In this document: positions 17,755 through 26,850 of the stretch, one piece after another
Numbering within the stretch: position 1 is the first letter of the stretch
Layout: each line of letters begins with the position of its first letter
Assembly: GCA_945865625.1 (NCBI GenBank)
Contig: CAMBFD010000004.1
Location: 1,171-65,170, forward strand
Source: Chitinophaga pinensis
GTDB lineage: Bacteria > Bacteroidota > Bacteroidia > NS11-12g > UBA955
DNA: 64,000 bases
Direction: 5' to 3'
The notes under the pieces: model-generated
Told to the model about the DNA's origin: nothing
The model's database searches: none
The model's input: only the letters and a program-made list of their open reading frames with translations
Program-made: the position numbers and the translations under genes

Positions 17755-20700
17755 ATGATGCGTAACGTATTCTCTAGATTTGGAATTTTAACTCTTTTTT
17801 CGTATATTCTTTTTTCTACGCCTTCATTGGCTATTGCTCAGAAAAAAACAAATACACAACCAAAGCCAAATATTACTCCGGCCGATTTTGTAAATCCTAT
17901 GGTTGGTACCGGCGGACACGGACATACTTTTCCTGGTGCAGTTTGGCCTTTTGGGATGGTTCAGTTGAGCCCAGATACTAGAACAGATGCATCTTGGGAT
18001 GGTTGCGGAGGATATTATTACGATGATACCTTTATTTATGGGTTTTCACATACCCATTTGAGTGGTACTGGTGTTTCAGATTACGGGGATGTGCTTTTTC
18101 AACCAAAAGTTGGGAATTCTACCTTTAACCCTCTCAAATATCGTTCTCGTTTTTCTCACACTAAGGAATATGCGAGACCTGGTTATTATTCAAATTCATT
18201 GTTAGATCATAATGTGAATGTTGAATTGACGGCACATCAACGTGTTGGTGCGCATAAATACACGTTTAATAAGTCAACCAATCAAACAACTGATAGTGTT
18301 TTTGTGGTTATCGATTTAAAACACCGTGATTATTTATTGGGACATCAACTCGAGGTTGAAACAGGCGGCAATGTTGTAAAGGGATATAGAAGAAGTAAAG
18401 CTTGGGCAAACGACCAATCTGTGTTTTTTTACAGCTATTTTTCTCAGAAAATATTGTCGGTTCAATACAATGAAAACAAATCGGTTGCAATATTATATTT
18501 TGGACAATTGAATGATTCTACCAAAAGAAAGTTGGTTTTAGAGGCTTACGTTGGAATTTCATTTACGTCTTTACAAGGCGCTGAATTGAATTTGAGAACA
18601 AAAGTGCTTGGCAAGAATCCCAATGGGGTCAATTACATTAAATTCCCTTTCCATTCAATTAAATATGGAGTAGAGAATGCTTGGAATAAAGAATTGGGCC
18701 AAATTAATGTTGTCAATACTCATAGTTCTATTGGCGATAAAAAAGACGATTTTAAAAAGTTCTATACCGCGCTTTACCATTGTATGATTCATCCGAGTTT
18801 AGCTTCAGATGAAGATAACCAATACAGAGGTAGAGACCAAAAAATTCACCAAGGAACACGTCCTTATTACTCAGTGTTTTCGCTTTGGGATACTTATAGG
18901 GCGTTACATCCTCTTTTAACCATTATTGATCGAAAACGAACATCTGATTTTATCAATACCTTTTTATTGCAATACGTTCAGGGGGGACGCTTACCCGTTT
19001 GGGAATTGGGTTCATGTGAAACCGATTGTATGATTGGTTACCATAGTGTTTCTGTCATTGCTGATGCACTCATGAAAGGCATTGAAAATATTGATGTCGA
19101 TTTGGCCTTAGAAGCCATGATTCACAGCTCTAACAGAAAGGAAGATAGCTATTTCATGAAGGTGAATCACCAAGGGAAATTGGAAAAGTCGATGTTTAAA
19201 AATGATTACATCGATGTTAAATCAGAATCAGAATCGGTTTCAAAAAGTTTAGAATACGCCTACAACGATTGGTGTATTGCCCAGGTGATTCAAAAATATA
19301 AATTAGAACCAAAATTAGATCTCGCAAAATGGAATGATATTTACAATGAAATGATGCGTAGAAGCAATCGCTGGCAGCATTATTTAGATCCTAAAACCAA
19401 ATACATGCGCCCAAAAGTGAACGGAGAATGGATTTCACCGTTTGAACCACGAGAGGTCAACAATCATTTTACAGAGGCAAATTCATTTCAATATAGCTTT
19501 TATGTCCCTCATCAAATAGACCTTTGGAAAAGATACTTAGGTGGAGATCAAGGTCTTGAAAGACAATTGGATACATTGTTTGGTACAACCTCTAAAACTA
19601 CAGGGCGCGAGCAATCAGATATTTCAGGTTTAATAGGACAATATGCACATGGAAATGAACCAAGTCACCATATGGTTTATTTGTATAATTATTGCAATCA
19701 GCCATTGAAAACACAGCGTTTGGTGCGTAAAATTTGGCGTGAATTCTACAAAGATTCGCCCGATGGTTTAATTGGAAACGAAGATTGTGGTCAAATGAGT
19801 GCTTGGGCTGTAATGTCTGCTTTAGGGTTTTATCCAGTAACACCGGGCAGCAATGAATATGCTGTTGGAGTGCCATTTTTTGACAATATTCAGATGGATG
19901 TTCGTACAGAGAATGGAATGTCTAAAAAGTTGACAATCAATACAAAACCAGGGTTGTATGCAACAAATCTTTATGGATTGAAAAATGAAAACGACACTTC
20001 GAAGCATTCATATTCGTTATTCTTTAACCACGAAAAATTGTTTAAGGGTGATTTGAGTTTTAATTTAATTCAAGATCCTACAGTTGCAAAATTTGCGCAG
20101 TCTTCGAAAAGTTCAAATGCGCAATTTTCTATCCCAGTTCCAACAATTGTGGGCGATAGAATTTTTACTTCTGCAACACATAAAATTACCGTTGTTCCCA
20201 GTGATTTATCGTTTTACCCGGGTTCTAAAAAACCTTTAAAATTTGCGGTTGATATTCAATATTCAAACATTGAAGAGGTGGTGCATTCTGAGAGAATGAT
20301 GTATCAAGGAGAAGTTTGGAATCTTGAAATCAATGGAAATTGCGAGGTAAAAGCTTCTTCAATAGGTGCCGTAGAATCTAGTTCTGTGGCAATTTTTACC
20401 AAAAAAGAAAATCATTATAAAGTCGTTTCAATCAAAGGTGCATACAATAAACAATATTCTGGAGGTGGTGATGATGCCCTTGTGAATGGGATTCTAGGTT
20501 CTGAGGAATGGCGTTCAGGAGATTGGCAAGGTTACCAAAATCAAGATTTTGATGCGGTTATTGATTTGGGCAAGCCAATAACTTTGAACTCAATCGGAGC
20601 AAGGTTTTTACAAGATACAAGAGCATGGATCTTAATGCCAACAGAAGTAGAATATTTGGTTTCTAAAAATGGAGTCGATTTTACATCCGTTGCTAAAATG

Positions 20701-20913
20701 GGAAGATTTTTCCCGGATACAATTCTCGAAACCACCGTTGTTCCCTTGAATTTAGAAATCAAAGCACAAGAAGCTCGATTTATTAAAGTAAAAGCCAAGA
20801 ATTATGGAGCTTTGCCACCCTGGCATCAAGGATTTCCTTTTGGTGGAACTGCGTTTATTTTCATCGATGAAATTCTTGTGAACCCGCCTTTTATTGCTGA
20901 AATTAAACGTTAA
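17755..20913 (+). CDS. GH92 alpha-mannosidase with C-terminal F5/8 type C (discoidin) domain
   Basis: Start placed at MMRNVFSRFG (signal peptide). GH92 motifs NPMVGTGGHGHTFPGA..PFGMVQLSPDT, GFSHTHLSGTG, HGNEPSHH and NEDCGQMSAW. The last ~150 aa resemble a discoidin/CBM32 fold (GYQNQDFDAVIDLGKP..ARFIKVKAKN). Confidence 0.85.
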   Translation: MMRNVFSRFGILTLFSYILFSTPSLAIAQKKTNTQPKPNITPADFVNPMVGTGGHGHTFPGAVWPFGMVQLSPDTRTDASWDGCGGYYYDDTFIYGFSHTHLSGTGVSDYGDVLFQPKVGNSTFNPLKYRSRFSHTKEYARPGYYSNSLLDHNVNVELTAHQRVGAHKYTFNKSTNQTTDSVFVVIDLKHRDYLLGHQLEVETGGNVVKGYRRSKAWANDQSVFFYSYFSQKILSVQYNENKSVAILYFGQLNDSTKRKLVLEAYVGISFTSLQGAELNLRTKVLGKNPNGVNYIKFPFHSIKYGVENAWNKELGQINVVNTHSSIGDKKDDFKKFYTALYHCMIHPSLASDEDNQYRGRDQKIHQGTRPYYSVFSLWDTYRALHPLLTIIDRKRTSDFINTFLLQYVQGGRLPVWELGSCETDCMIGYHSVSVIADALMKGIENIDVDLALEAMIHSSNRKEDSYFMKVNHQGKLEKSMFKNDYIDVKSESESVSKSLEYAYNDWCIAQVIQKYKLEPKLDLAKWNDIYNEMMRRSNRWQHYLDPKTKYMRPKVNGEWISPFEPREVNNHFTEANSFQYSFYVPHQIDLWKRYLGGDQGLERQLDTLFGTTSKTTGREQSDISGLIGQYAHGNEPSHHMVYLYNYCNQPLKTQRLVRKIWREFYKDSPDGLIGNEDCGQMSAWAVMSALGFYPVTPGSNEYAVGVPFFDNIQMDVRTENGMSKKLTINTKPGLYATNLYGLKNENDTSKHSYSLFFNHEKLFKGDLSFNLIQDPTVAKFAQSSKSSNAQFSIPVPTIVGDRIFTSATHKITVVPSDLSFYPGSKKPLKFAVDIQYSNIEEVVHSERMMYQGEVWNLEINGNCEVKASSIGAVESSSVAIFTKKENHYKVVSIKGAYNKQYSGGGDDALVNGILGSEEWRSGDWQGYQNQDFDAVIDLGKPITLNSIGARFLQDTRAWILMPTEVEYLVSKNGVDFTSVAKMGRFFPDTILETTVVPLNLEIKAQEARFIKVKAKNYGALPPWHQGFPFGGTAFIFIDEILVNPPFIAEIKR

Positions 20914-20924
20914 TCGCTAGGCTT

Positions 20925-23720
20925 ATGAAATGGTTTAATCTTGTATGTAAATTTCTAAAGGAGGTGAATAATGTGAAGAAGCATGGAATGTGCTTGTTCA
21001 TTTTAGTTACTTTCTGCTATAAATTAAATGCTCAATTGAATGCGCATCAGGTCACGAATTGGCAAATCATGCGTTCAACAGATAAACTGAGCAATCAGCC
21101 ATTTATCCGCAAATATTTGCCGAAACAATTAGATGGCCGTTGGACCCAAGTAAAGAACTCAAACTTGCTTTCAAATTTTGCCGATTGGATTCAGTTGGAA
21201 TACCGAAAACCAGGTGAAGACCCTTATTATAATCCTTGGTCAATTCCTTGGAGTACTTGGTTTTTAAAGGCTCCCTTGTTTGATTCCGTTAAGATTTCCA
21301 ATGGATTTTACCAGCACTATAAACTCCGTTTGAATCGTTTGGAATGTGCGGAAGTTGAGGTCTATATCAATGAACATAAATTGAATATTGTGAACCCAAC
21401 GTATGGTCAAACGTTTATCGATCAAACGGTTGACATCACGCCTTTTTTAAGAGGGGATGGCCTGGATACAATATTTTTAGGTTTTGTATCGCAAATGACA
21501 AACGGATTGACGATGCAAAGATTAGATCTTGAACGTTTTACCGCAGATAATGAGGAGCCATCTGATTCAATTCAAAAGTTATTTTATGGAGGGATAGAAG
21601 GACAATTGAAATACGATGGACTCGTTAAAATTTCTCCTTATTTCAGGAGACCCATGATGGATTTCGGGTGGGATATTGCAAGGCCAAACATCCATTTTGG
21701 ATTGGGAAATGGCATTGAGTGTATTGGATGGAGTAATTTGTATCCATTGAACTCAAATGTTAAAACAGATTCAATTGTATATGATCAAAAAGGGAGCCCT
21801 ACTTCGGCGTATGTAACTTTTAAAGCTGAATTTGATGCTGATTTCACAGGATGTAAGAGTCAAAATCAATTTTATTGGGCGCCTAATTTTGATTTTGTGA
21901 TTGATCGAAATTATACCCAGAAAATTGTTCCTCAGAAAACAAAAACATTAAAAAATAAGGTTCCAAATTTCCAGGTGATTCAATTGCCAGAAGATTGGGT
22001 GCAACTCAATGATACAAGTTTTGAATTGTTAGAGCGTGCTGTTGATGGTTTGAATTTTGATTCAGCGTGCAAGTTGAAAATGGAGTATAAGTTTTTGATT
22101 CATAACCCAAAATTATGGTATCCCAACGGTTATTTTGAGCAAGTTTACCCTAAGGATAAACTGCCAACACGTTATCGGTTTGGGATTGTCTATAACCAAC
22201 AAACAAATTCGGGCCAATACGGCCATGGCTATTTGCAACAAAGTAGTTTGTTTGTAAATGCTCCGTTCTACACTTATACTGGTTTAAGAACCCTTGATTT
22301 GGATACTACAGGCGGGAAGTTTTCATTTAAAGTGAATGGGAAGAAAATTATGGCTTTGGGTACCAATGTTATTTGGGGTAGGGAGTCAATTTCGAATTGG
22401 GTAGAGGGCGATTCGCCCTATTTCCATTGGATGTATCACGGAGCAACTCCTTATCATTTATCGTCTGAAAGGCCATTTGAAATGAAAATGAACATGAATT
22501 TATCCAATTTTTACGTGTCTCCTGATCATAGGCCTGAACCAAAAGATAAGCAATTTCGGTCAATGTTCAAACTGGGGATGAACATGGTGCGTTTTTGGGG
22601 CGGTGGCAATTATCCACCTGAGGAAGTCTATGCAGAGTGCGATAAATTAGGGATATTAATTTGGCAAGATCTCATGTTTTCGGGCACAACTTACCCAAAA
22701 CGCGAAGATTGGAAAATAGAAGTTGGGAATGAGCTTGATGCCAATATTTCCTGGATTAAAACGCACCCAAGTTTGGTTTTAATTTGTGGAAACAATGAAA
22801 TTGAAGTGGCCCTTAAAAATTGGGGGTGGTTTCAAAAATATCATTTGCATGGTGCCGATTCTTTAAAAACTTGGACCAATTATAGACAGCTTTTCGACAC
22901 ATTCATTCCGCGGAAATTGCAAAACATTGCACCTAATATTTTCTACCTTCCTTCTTCGCCAATTGGCAATTGGGGGAATTTAAAACAGATGAAGGTTGGC
23001 GACAATCATGATTGGGGAATTTGGCATGGAGAAAGAAATTTTAACCATGTTGATTCTGTAATTGCACCATTCGTGAGTGAATTTGGATTTCCTTCTCTTC
23101 CAAATGGTTACAAAGAATCTACAGATTCACTGTCTTACCAATATTTGCCATTTAGGAGTTATAAAGGTTTATCATTACTGAATCGATATTCAAAAAATGA
23201 ACCTAAAAATACGCTGAACTATTTAGTAGCTCCGCAGTTAAAAAGTTCTGTGTTGAATGCAACCAAATTATCGCCTTCGGGTAGGGCGCAAGCCATGTTT
23301 TTAGACAGAGCCATCAGGGCTTATCGAACGTCAAGCAAAGATTTTGGCGGTTGTTTGTTCTGGCAATGGAATGATGCAGACAGGGTTGTTTCTTGGAGCG
23401 TGGTTGATGTTGATTTGAATCAGAAGCCCGCATTTGAGCAATTGAAATATTCCTTAAAACCGGTGACATCATTTGTGCGTTACAAAGATTCTACATTGAA
23501 AGTTTCGATCCAATCGAATGCATTCAAAACGCAAGCAATGACCATACAATTGACAGTTGAAAACAATCAAAAAATCAGTGTTTTTAAGGCAACAAAAGTG
23601 ATTAAAGTATCAGGATTTTCGGAATCTATTTTTCTATTAAATCCTGCTTTGCTGAAAGCAAATTCTCATGTGCGTTTGAAAATCACGGACGCAAATGGGT
23701 TAACACTTGATGAGTTTTAA
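20925..23720 (+). CDS. GH2 family beta-mannosidase-like glycosidase
   Basis: 931 aa; an alternative start is M22 at 20988. The catalytic TIM-barrel region (MNMVRFWGGGNYPPEEVYAECDKLGILIWQDLMF, CGNNE, SEFGFPS) resembles GH2 beta-mannosidases. Confidence 0.7.
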   Translation: MKWFNLVCKFLKEVNNVKKHGMCLFILVTFCYKLNAQLNAHQVTNWQIMRSTDKLSNQPFIRKYLPKQLDGRWTQVKNSNLLSNFADWIQLEYRKPGEDPYYNPWSIPWSTWFLKAPLFDSVKISNGFYQHYKLRLNRLECAEVEVYINEHKLNIVNPTYGQTFIDQTVDITPFLRGDGLDTIFLGFVSQMTNGLTMQRLDLERFTADNEEPSDSIQKLFYGGIEGQLKYDGLVKISPYFRRPMMDFGWDIARPNIHFGLGNGIECIGWSNLYPLNSNVKTDSIVYDQKGSPTSAYVTFKAEFDADFTGCKSQNQFYWAPNFDFVIDRNYTQKIVPQKTKTLKNKVPNFQVIQLPEDWVQLNDTSFELLERAVDGLNFDSACKLKMEYKFLIHNPKLWYPNGYFEQVYPKDKLPTRYRFGIVYNQQTNSGQYGHGYLQQSSLFVNAPFYTYTGLRTLDLDTTGGKFSFKVNGKKIMALGTNVIWGRESISNWVEGDSPYFHWMYHGATPYHLSSERPFEMKMNMNLSNFYVSPDHRPEPKDKQFRSMFKLGMNMVRFWGGGNYPPEEVYAECDKLGILIWQDLMFSGTTYPKREDWKIEVGNELDANISWIKTHPSLVLICGNNEIEVALKNWGWFQKYHLHGADSLKTWTNYRQLFDTFIPRKLQNIAPNIFYLPSSPIGNWGNLKQMKVGDNHDWGIWHGERNFNHVDSVIAPFVSEFGFPSLPNGYKESTDSLSYQYLPFRSYKGLSLLNRYSKNEPKNTLNYLVAPQLKSSVLNATKLSPSGRAQAMFLDRAIRAYRTSSKDFGGCLFWQWNDADRVVSWSVVDVDLNQKPAFEQLKYSLKPVTSFVRYKDSTLKVSIQSNAFKTQAMTIQLTVENNQKISVFKATKVIKVSGFSESIFLLNPALLKANSHVRLKITDANGLTLDEF

Positions 23721-23742
23721 CCAAACTCATTGAGTAACTAAA

Positions 23743-25413
23743 TCAAGGTCTACAATACCATCCCCAACTGTACCAAATGGTTTTGTGGAGCTCAAGTTTT
23801 TCCAAATATTCCTTATAGGCCAAATCAATGGTGCTATTACGTTGCGACCACAAAGCGTCAGAAAGAGCCGAGGCGCGTGGCAATGTCATGTATTCAACTG
23901 ATTTGTTGTTGATCATATATTCTGTCCAAACATTCGCTTGAGCGCCTAAGATATATTTCTGTTTGTCAGGGCTCAATGATCGTGGCATCGGATTGAAATA
24001 AAAGACAGAATCTAAAGGGTTAAATCCTCCAATTGCAATGGGTTCGCTGTTTTTATCTTTGCTTTGATAATGATCGAAATAACATGGATTTCCCGGTGTC
24101 ATAATTACATTGTGATTTTGATTTGCGGCAGCAATCCCGCCAGAAATACCGTGCCAACTCATCACTGTAGCTTTGGGTGCAAGTCCGCCCTCCAAAATCT
24201 CATCCCATCCAATGATTAATTTTCCTTTTGAATTGATGTATTTTTCAATGCGTTGAATGAAATAACTTTGCAATTCGTGTTCATCTTTGATTCCTAAAGA
24301 TTTAATTCTAGATTGACATAAATCACAAGTTTTCCAAAGGGTTTTCGGACATTCATCGCCACCAATATGGATGTAGGGTGATTCTGGGAAAAGAGCAATG
24401 ACTTCATCGAGAATATTCTGCAAAAACTCAAAGGTTTGATCGTTGCCGGCGCAAAAAACATCGTCAAATACGCCCCAACCAATGGCAGGTTTAAATGCAA
24501 TCACACTATCGCCATTTCGATTGAGAGTAATGTCAGATGCCGCGTATTTTAGGGGTATTCCAGATGTGGTGGCTTGTGTTTTTAGCGACGAAAGCAATGT
24601 CCCTCCGTTACAACTAAACTCTGGGTATGCCGACAAGGCTGCCAGTGCATGTCCTGGCATTTCAATTTCAGGAACCACATTGATGCCCCGGTTTTTTGCA
24701 AATTGAACAACATCTTTAATTTCCTCTTGGGAATAAAATCCTCCGTAAAGTTTATCGTCGAAGGTTTGGTCTGAATATTTGCCGTATTGACTCCCATTTC
24801 GATAAGCTCCTATTTGGGTTAACTTAGGGTATTTTTTAATTTCAATACGCCAGCCTTGGTCGTCGGTTAAATGCCAATGGAAGGTATTGTATTTGTAAAA
24901 AGCCAACATTTTGATATACTTTTTGATGAAATCGGTATTGAAAAAATGTCGGCTTACATCTAGGTGCATACCCCTGTAACTATATTTTGGATAGTCAGTA
25001 ATTTGAACGCAGGGATAAGTATTTTTACTTGAATTTTGAAGCTGTTTTAAAGACATCAATGCATGGATTAACCCTGGGTAATCTGCATATTCAATGGTGA
25101 TTTTTAGTTTGTTTATTTGAATGGCGTAAGCTTCTGCGATGAAATTTGAAGTTGCGCTGGTAAACGTTTTTTGAACCAGTTCTATGTGAGTTTTTTGACC
25201 ATTGAATTTCTTGATTTTTGCAGGAAATACCTCTTTAAATAGTTCCCAAAATGCAGGATTTGACTGTAATTGAGGATTGGCATTTACAACAATTTTATTT
25301 GGCAAATTGAATGTCCCTCCATTTTTCATGAAGGACATTGGCGTTGGAATAATTTGCGATAATATGCTGTTTGTGATGAACGCAAATGCAAAAATGAGAT
25401 GTTTTAATTTCAT
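23743..25413 (-). CDS. GH20 beta-N-acetylhexosaminidase
   Basis: 556 aa with a signal peptide. RGMHLDVSRHFF, FHWHLTDDQGWRIEI, PEIEMPGH and HIGGDE catalytic motifs. Confidence 0.9.
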   Translation of the reverse strand: MKLKHLIFAFAFITNSILSQIIPTPMSFMKNGGTFNLPNKIVVNANPQLQSNPAFWELFKEVFPAKIKKFNGQKTHIELVQKTFTSATSNFIAEAYAIQINKLKITIEYADYPGLIHALMSLKQLQNSSKNTYPCVQITDYPKYSYRGMHLDVSRHFFNTDFIKKYIKMLAFYKYNTFHWHLTDDQGWRIEIKKYPKLTQIGAYRNGSQYGKYSDQTFDDKLYGGFYSQEEIKDVVQFAKNRGINVVPEIEMPGHALAALSAYPEFSCNGGTLLSSLKTQATTSGIPLKYAASDITLNRNGDSVIAFKPAIGWGVFDDVFCAGNDQTFEFLQNILDEVIALFPESPYIHIGGDECPKTLWKTCDLCQSRIKSLGIKDEHELQSYFIQRIEKYINSKGKLIIGWDEILEGGLAPKATVMSWHGISGGIAAANQNHNVIMTPGNPCYFDHYQSKDKNSEPIAIGGFNPLDSVFYFNPMPRSLSPDKQKYILGAQANVWTEYMINNKSVEYMTLPRASALSDALWSQRNSTIDLAYKEYLEKLELHKTIWYSWGWYCRP

Positions 25414-25514
25414 GTTTAAATTTGTTGCAATATCTACTTTTTTTAAACTTTATTTTTTGCATATATTGCACAACTTTAATTTAAAGTTTCCTTACAACAA
25501 AAATTTAAAAATCA

Positions 25515-26207
25515 ATGGATAAGAATGCACTTCACCACATGGTTGATATTGGATCAATTCAATGGATCTATTTAAATGCAGGTCTGCTAATTGGCTTTAT
25601 TGTATTCTTCGGTGTTTCCTGGAAAATGGATGAAAAGCGTCGCATTCAAATTGGATATGTGATGGCGGCTATTTTAGGGGCAAATTTCATTGCGAATCAA
25701 TTTTTCGCGATTTATACGCATACTTGGGACAAAGCTGTGCATTTACCATTTCATTTGTGCTCTTTTTCGGAAATCTTAGCCATGATGATGTTGGTTTGGA
25801 GAAAACAATGGACCTATGAATTTCTTATTTTCTGGAGTGCGGGTGCGATTCATTCGTTTTTAACTCCTGAAGTTGTTTCTGGAGGGAATTTATTCAACTT
25901 TTGGGAATATGGCATTGCCCATGGAATGGTCATCATTGCAGGGTTTTATGCAACTTTCCGGTTGAAAATGGTTCCAAGGAAAGGTAGCTGGCTCAAAGTT
26001 TTTTGGTATACCCAATTAACCTTGCCAGTTGTTGGATTCTTTAATTGGATACTTGACGCGAACTATATGTTTTTAGCACAGCGGCCTAATGCCAACAATC
26101 CATTAATTATTGGCAAGTGGCCGTGGTATATTGTAAGTCTCGAAGTTGTGGTTCTGGTGCATTTTTACATATTCTATTGGATTCATAGAACGCTGGTGCG
26201 TAAATAA
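25515..26207 (+). CDS. Integral membrane protein (TIGR02206/YwaF-like)
   Basis: 230 aa with about 7 hydrophobic helices and an HLCSFSEIL motif typical of this family. Confidence 0.55.
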   Translation: MDKNALHHMVDIGSIQWIYLNAGLLIGFIVFFGVSWKMDEKRRIQIGYVMAAILGANFIANQFFAIYTHTWDKAVHLPFHLCSFSEILAMMMLVWRKQWTYEFLIFWSAGAIHSFLTPEVVSGGNLFNFWEYGIAHGMVIIAGFYATFRLKMVPRKGSWLKVFWYTQLTLPVVGFFNWILDANYMFLAQRPNANNPLIIGKWPWYIVSLEVVVLVHFYIFYWIHRTLVRK

Positions 26208-26243
26208 TCATTTGTGTTTCTGAGGGACAGAAACTGCGAAATC

Positions 26244-26585
26244 TTAATTTTGCAATTCTTCCCAAAATTCAACGGCTCTGCGTGTATGCGGAATGACGAT
26301 GGTGCCTCCAACAATATTTGCCACTGCGAGTATTTCAAACATTTGTGTTGTTGTAACGCTTTGTTCGTGGCATTTTTGGAGATGGTATTTCACACAATCA
26401 TCACATCTAAGCACCAGGGAAGCAACGAGTCCTAACATTTCTTTTGTTTGAACGGAAAGGGCACCTTCAGAGTAAGTTTGAGTATCGAGGTTAAACAATC
26501 TTTTGAGCACAAGGTTGTCTGAATTCAAGATTTTTTCATTCATTTTAGCTCGGTATTCATTGAATTCCTGTATAGATTTGGACAT
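26244..26585 (-). CDS. Carboxymuconolactone decarboxylase (AhpD-like) family protein
   Basis: Start placed at MSKSIQEFNEY (M62 of the track ORF). The upstream part of the track ORF is antisense to tRNA-Phe and I discard it. CxxC-type motif LRCDDCVKYH. Confidence 0.8.
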   Translation of the reverse strand: MSKSIQEFNEYRAKMNEKILNSDNLVLKRLFNLDTQTYSEGALSVQTKEMLGLVASLVLRCDDCVKYHLQKCHEQSVTTTQMFEILAVANIVGGTIVIPHTRRAVEFWEELQN

Positions 26586-26689
26586 ATTTTTTAGTTTTAT
26601 TTGCAAGATAGCCGAAAAGTTGTATTTTTGCAGCCCCTTAAGGAAGGAAATAGCAAAGAAATTTGCAAATTCTGAAAGCAAGTGGAGAT

Positions 26690-26762
26690 GGTATCGTAGC
26701 TCAGTTGGTAGAGCAAAGGACTGAAAATCCTTGTGTCGACGGTTCGATTCCGCCCGATACCA
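26690..26762 (+). tRNA. tRNA-Phe (anticodon GAA)
   Basis: Hand-folded cloverleaf. Acceptor GGTATCG/CGATACC, D-arm GCTC-AGTTGGTA-GAGC, anticodon arm AAGGA-CTGAAAA-TCCTT with GAA at 26723-26725. T-arm GACGG-TTCGATT-CCGCC has one A-C mismatch. Discriminator A; no encoded CCA. Confidence 0.9.
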
Positions 26763-26768
26763 CAACAA
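26742..26768. repeat. attL core (direct repeat copy 1)
   Basis: GTTCGATTCCGCCCGATACCACAACAA comprises the last 21 nt of tRNA-Phe plus 6 nt downstream. It is identical to 33806-33832. Confidence 0.9.
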
Positions 26769-26777
26769 GTTATTTCA

Positions 26778-26808
26778 AAACCCTGATAGTCAAAAGCTTT
26801 CAGGGTTT
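26778..26808. terminator. Hairpin terminator inside the element, serving tRNA-Phe and/or the 26851 gene
   Basis: AAACCCTGA-(13 nt loop)-TCAGGGTTT followed by TTTTT on the + strand, with an A-run on the other side. Confidence 0.5.
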
Positions 26809-26818
26809 TTTTATTTTA

Positions 26819-26842
26819 TGTTGTCGGTTTTGTTGTCGGTTT
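26819..26842 (+). repeat. Tandem 12-bp repeat (TGTTGTCGGTTT x2), candidate integrase arm-type sites, attL side
   Basis: Perfect tandem TGTTGTCGGTTT TGTTGTCGGTTT about 50 bp inside attL. The same 9-nt core occurs twice near attR (33675-33698). Confidence 0.6.
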
Positions 26843-26850
26843 TTGAAGTT

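Noticed and set aside
26586-26768. The upstream part of track ORF 26244-26768 (MLWYRAESNRRHKDF...) and the ORF 33707-33928 (..LLWYRAESNYMYLL..), which share a WYRAESN peptide.
   Set aside because: Both are antisense translations of the tRNA-Phe 3' end and its 27-bp att duplicate. The shared peptide is the DNA repeat, not a protein family. The real CDS at the first locus starts at 26585.
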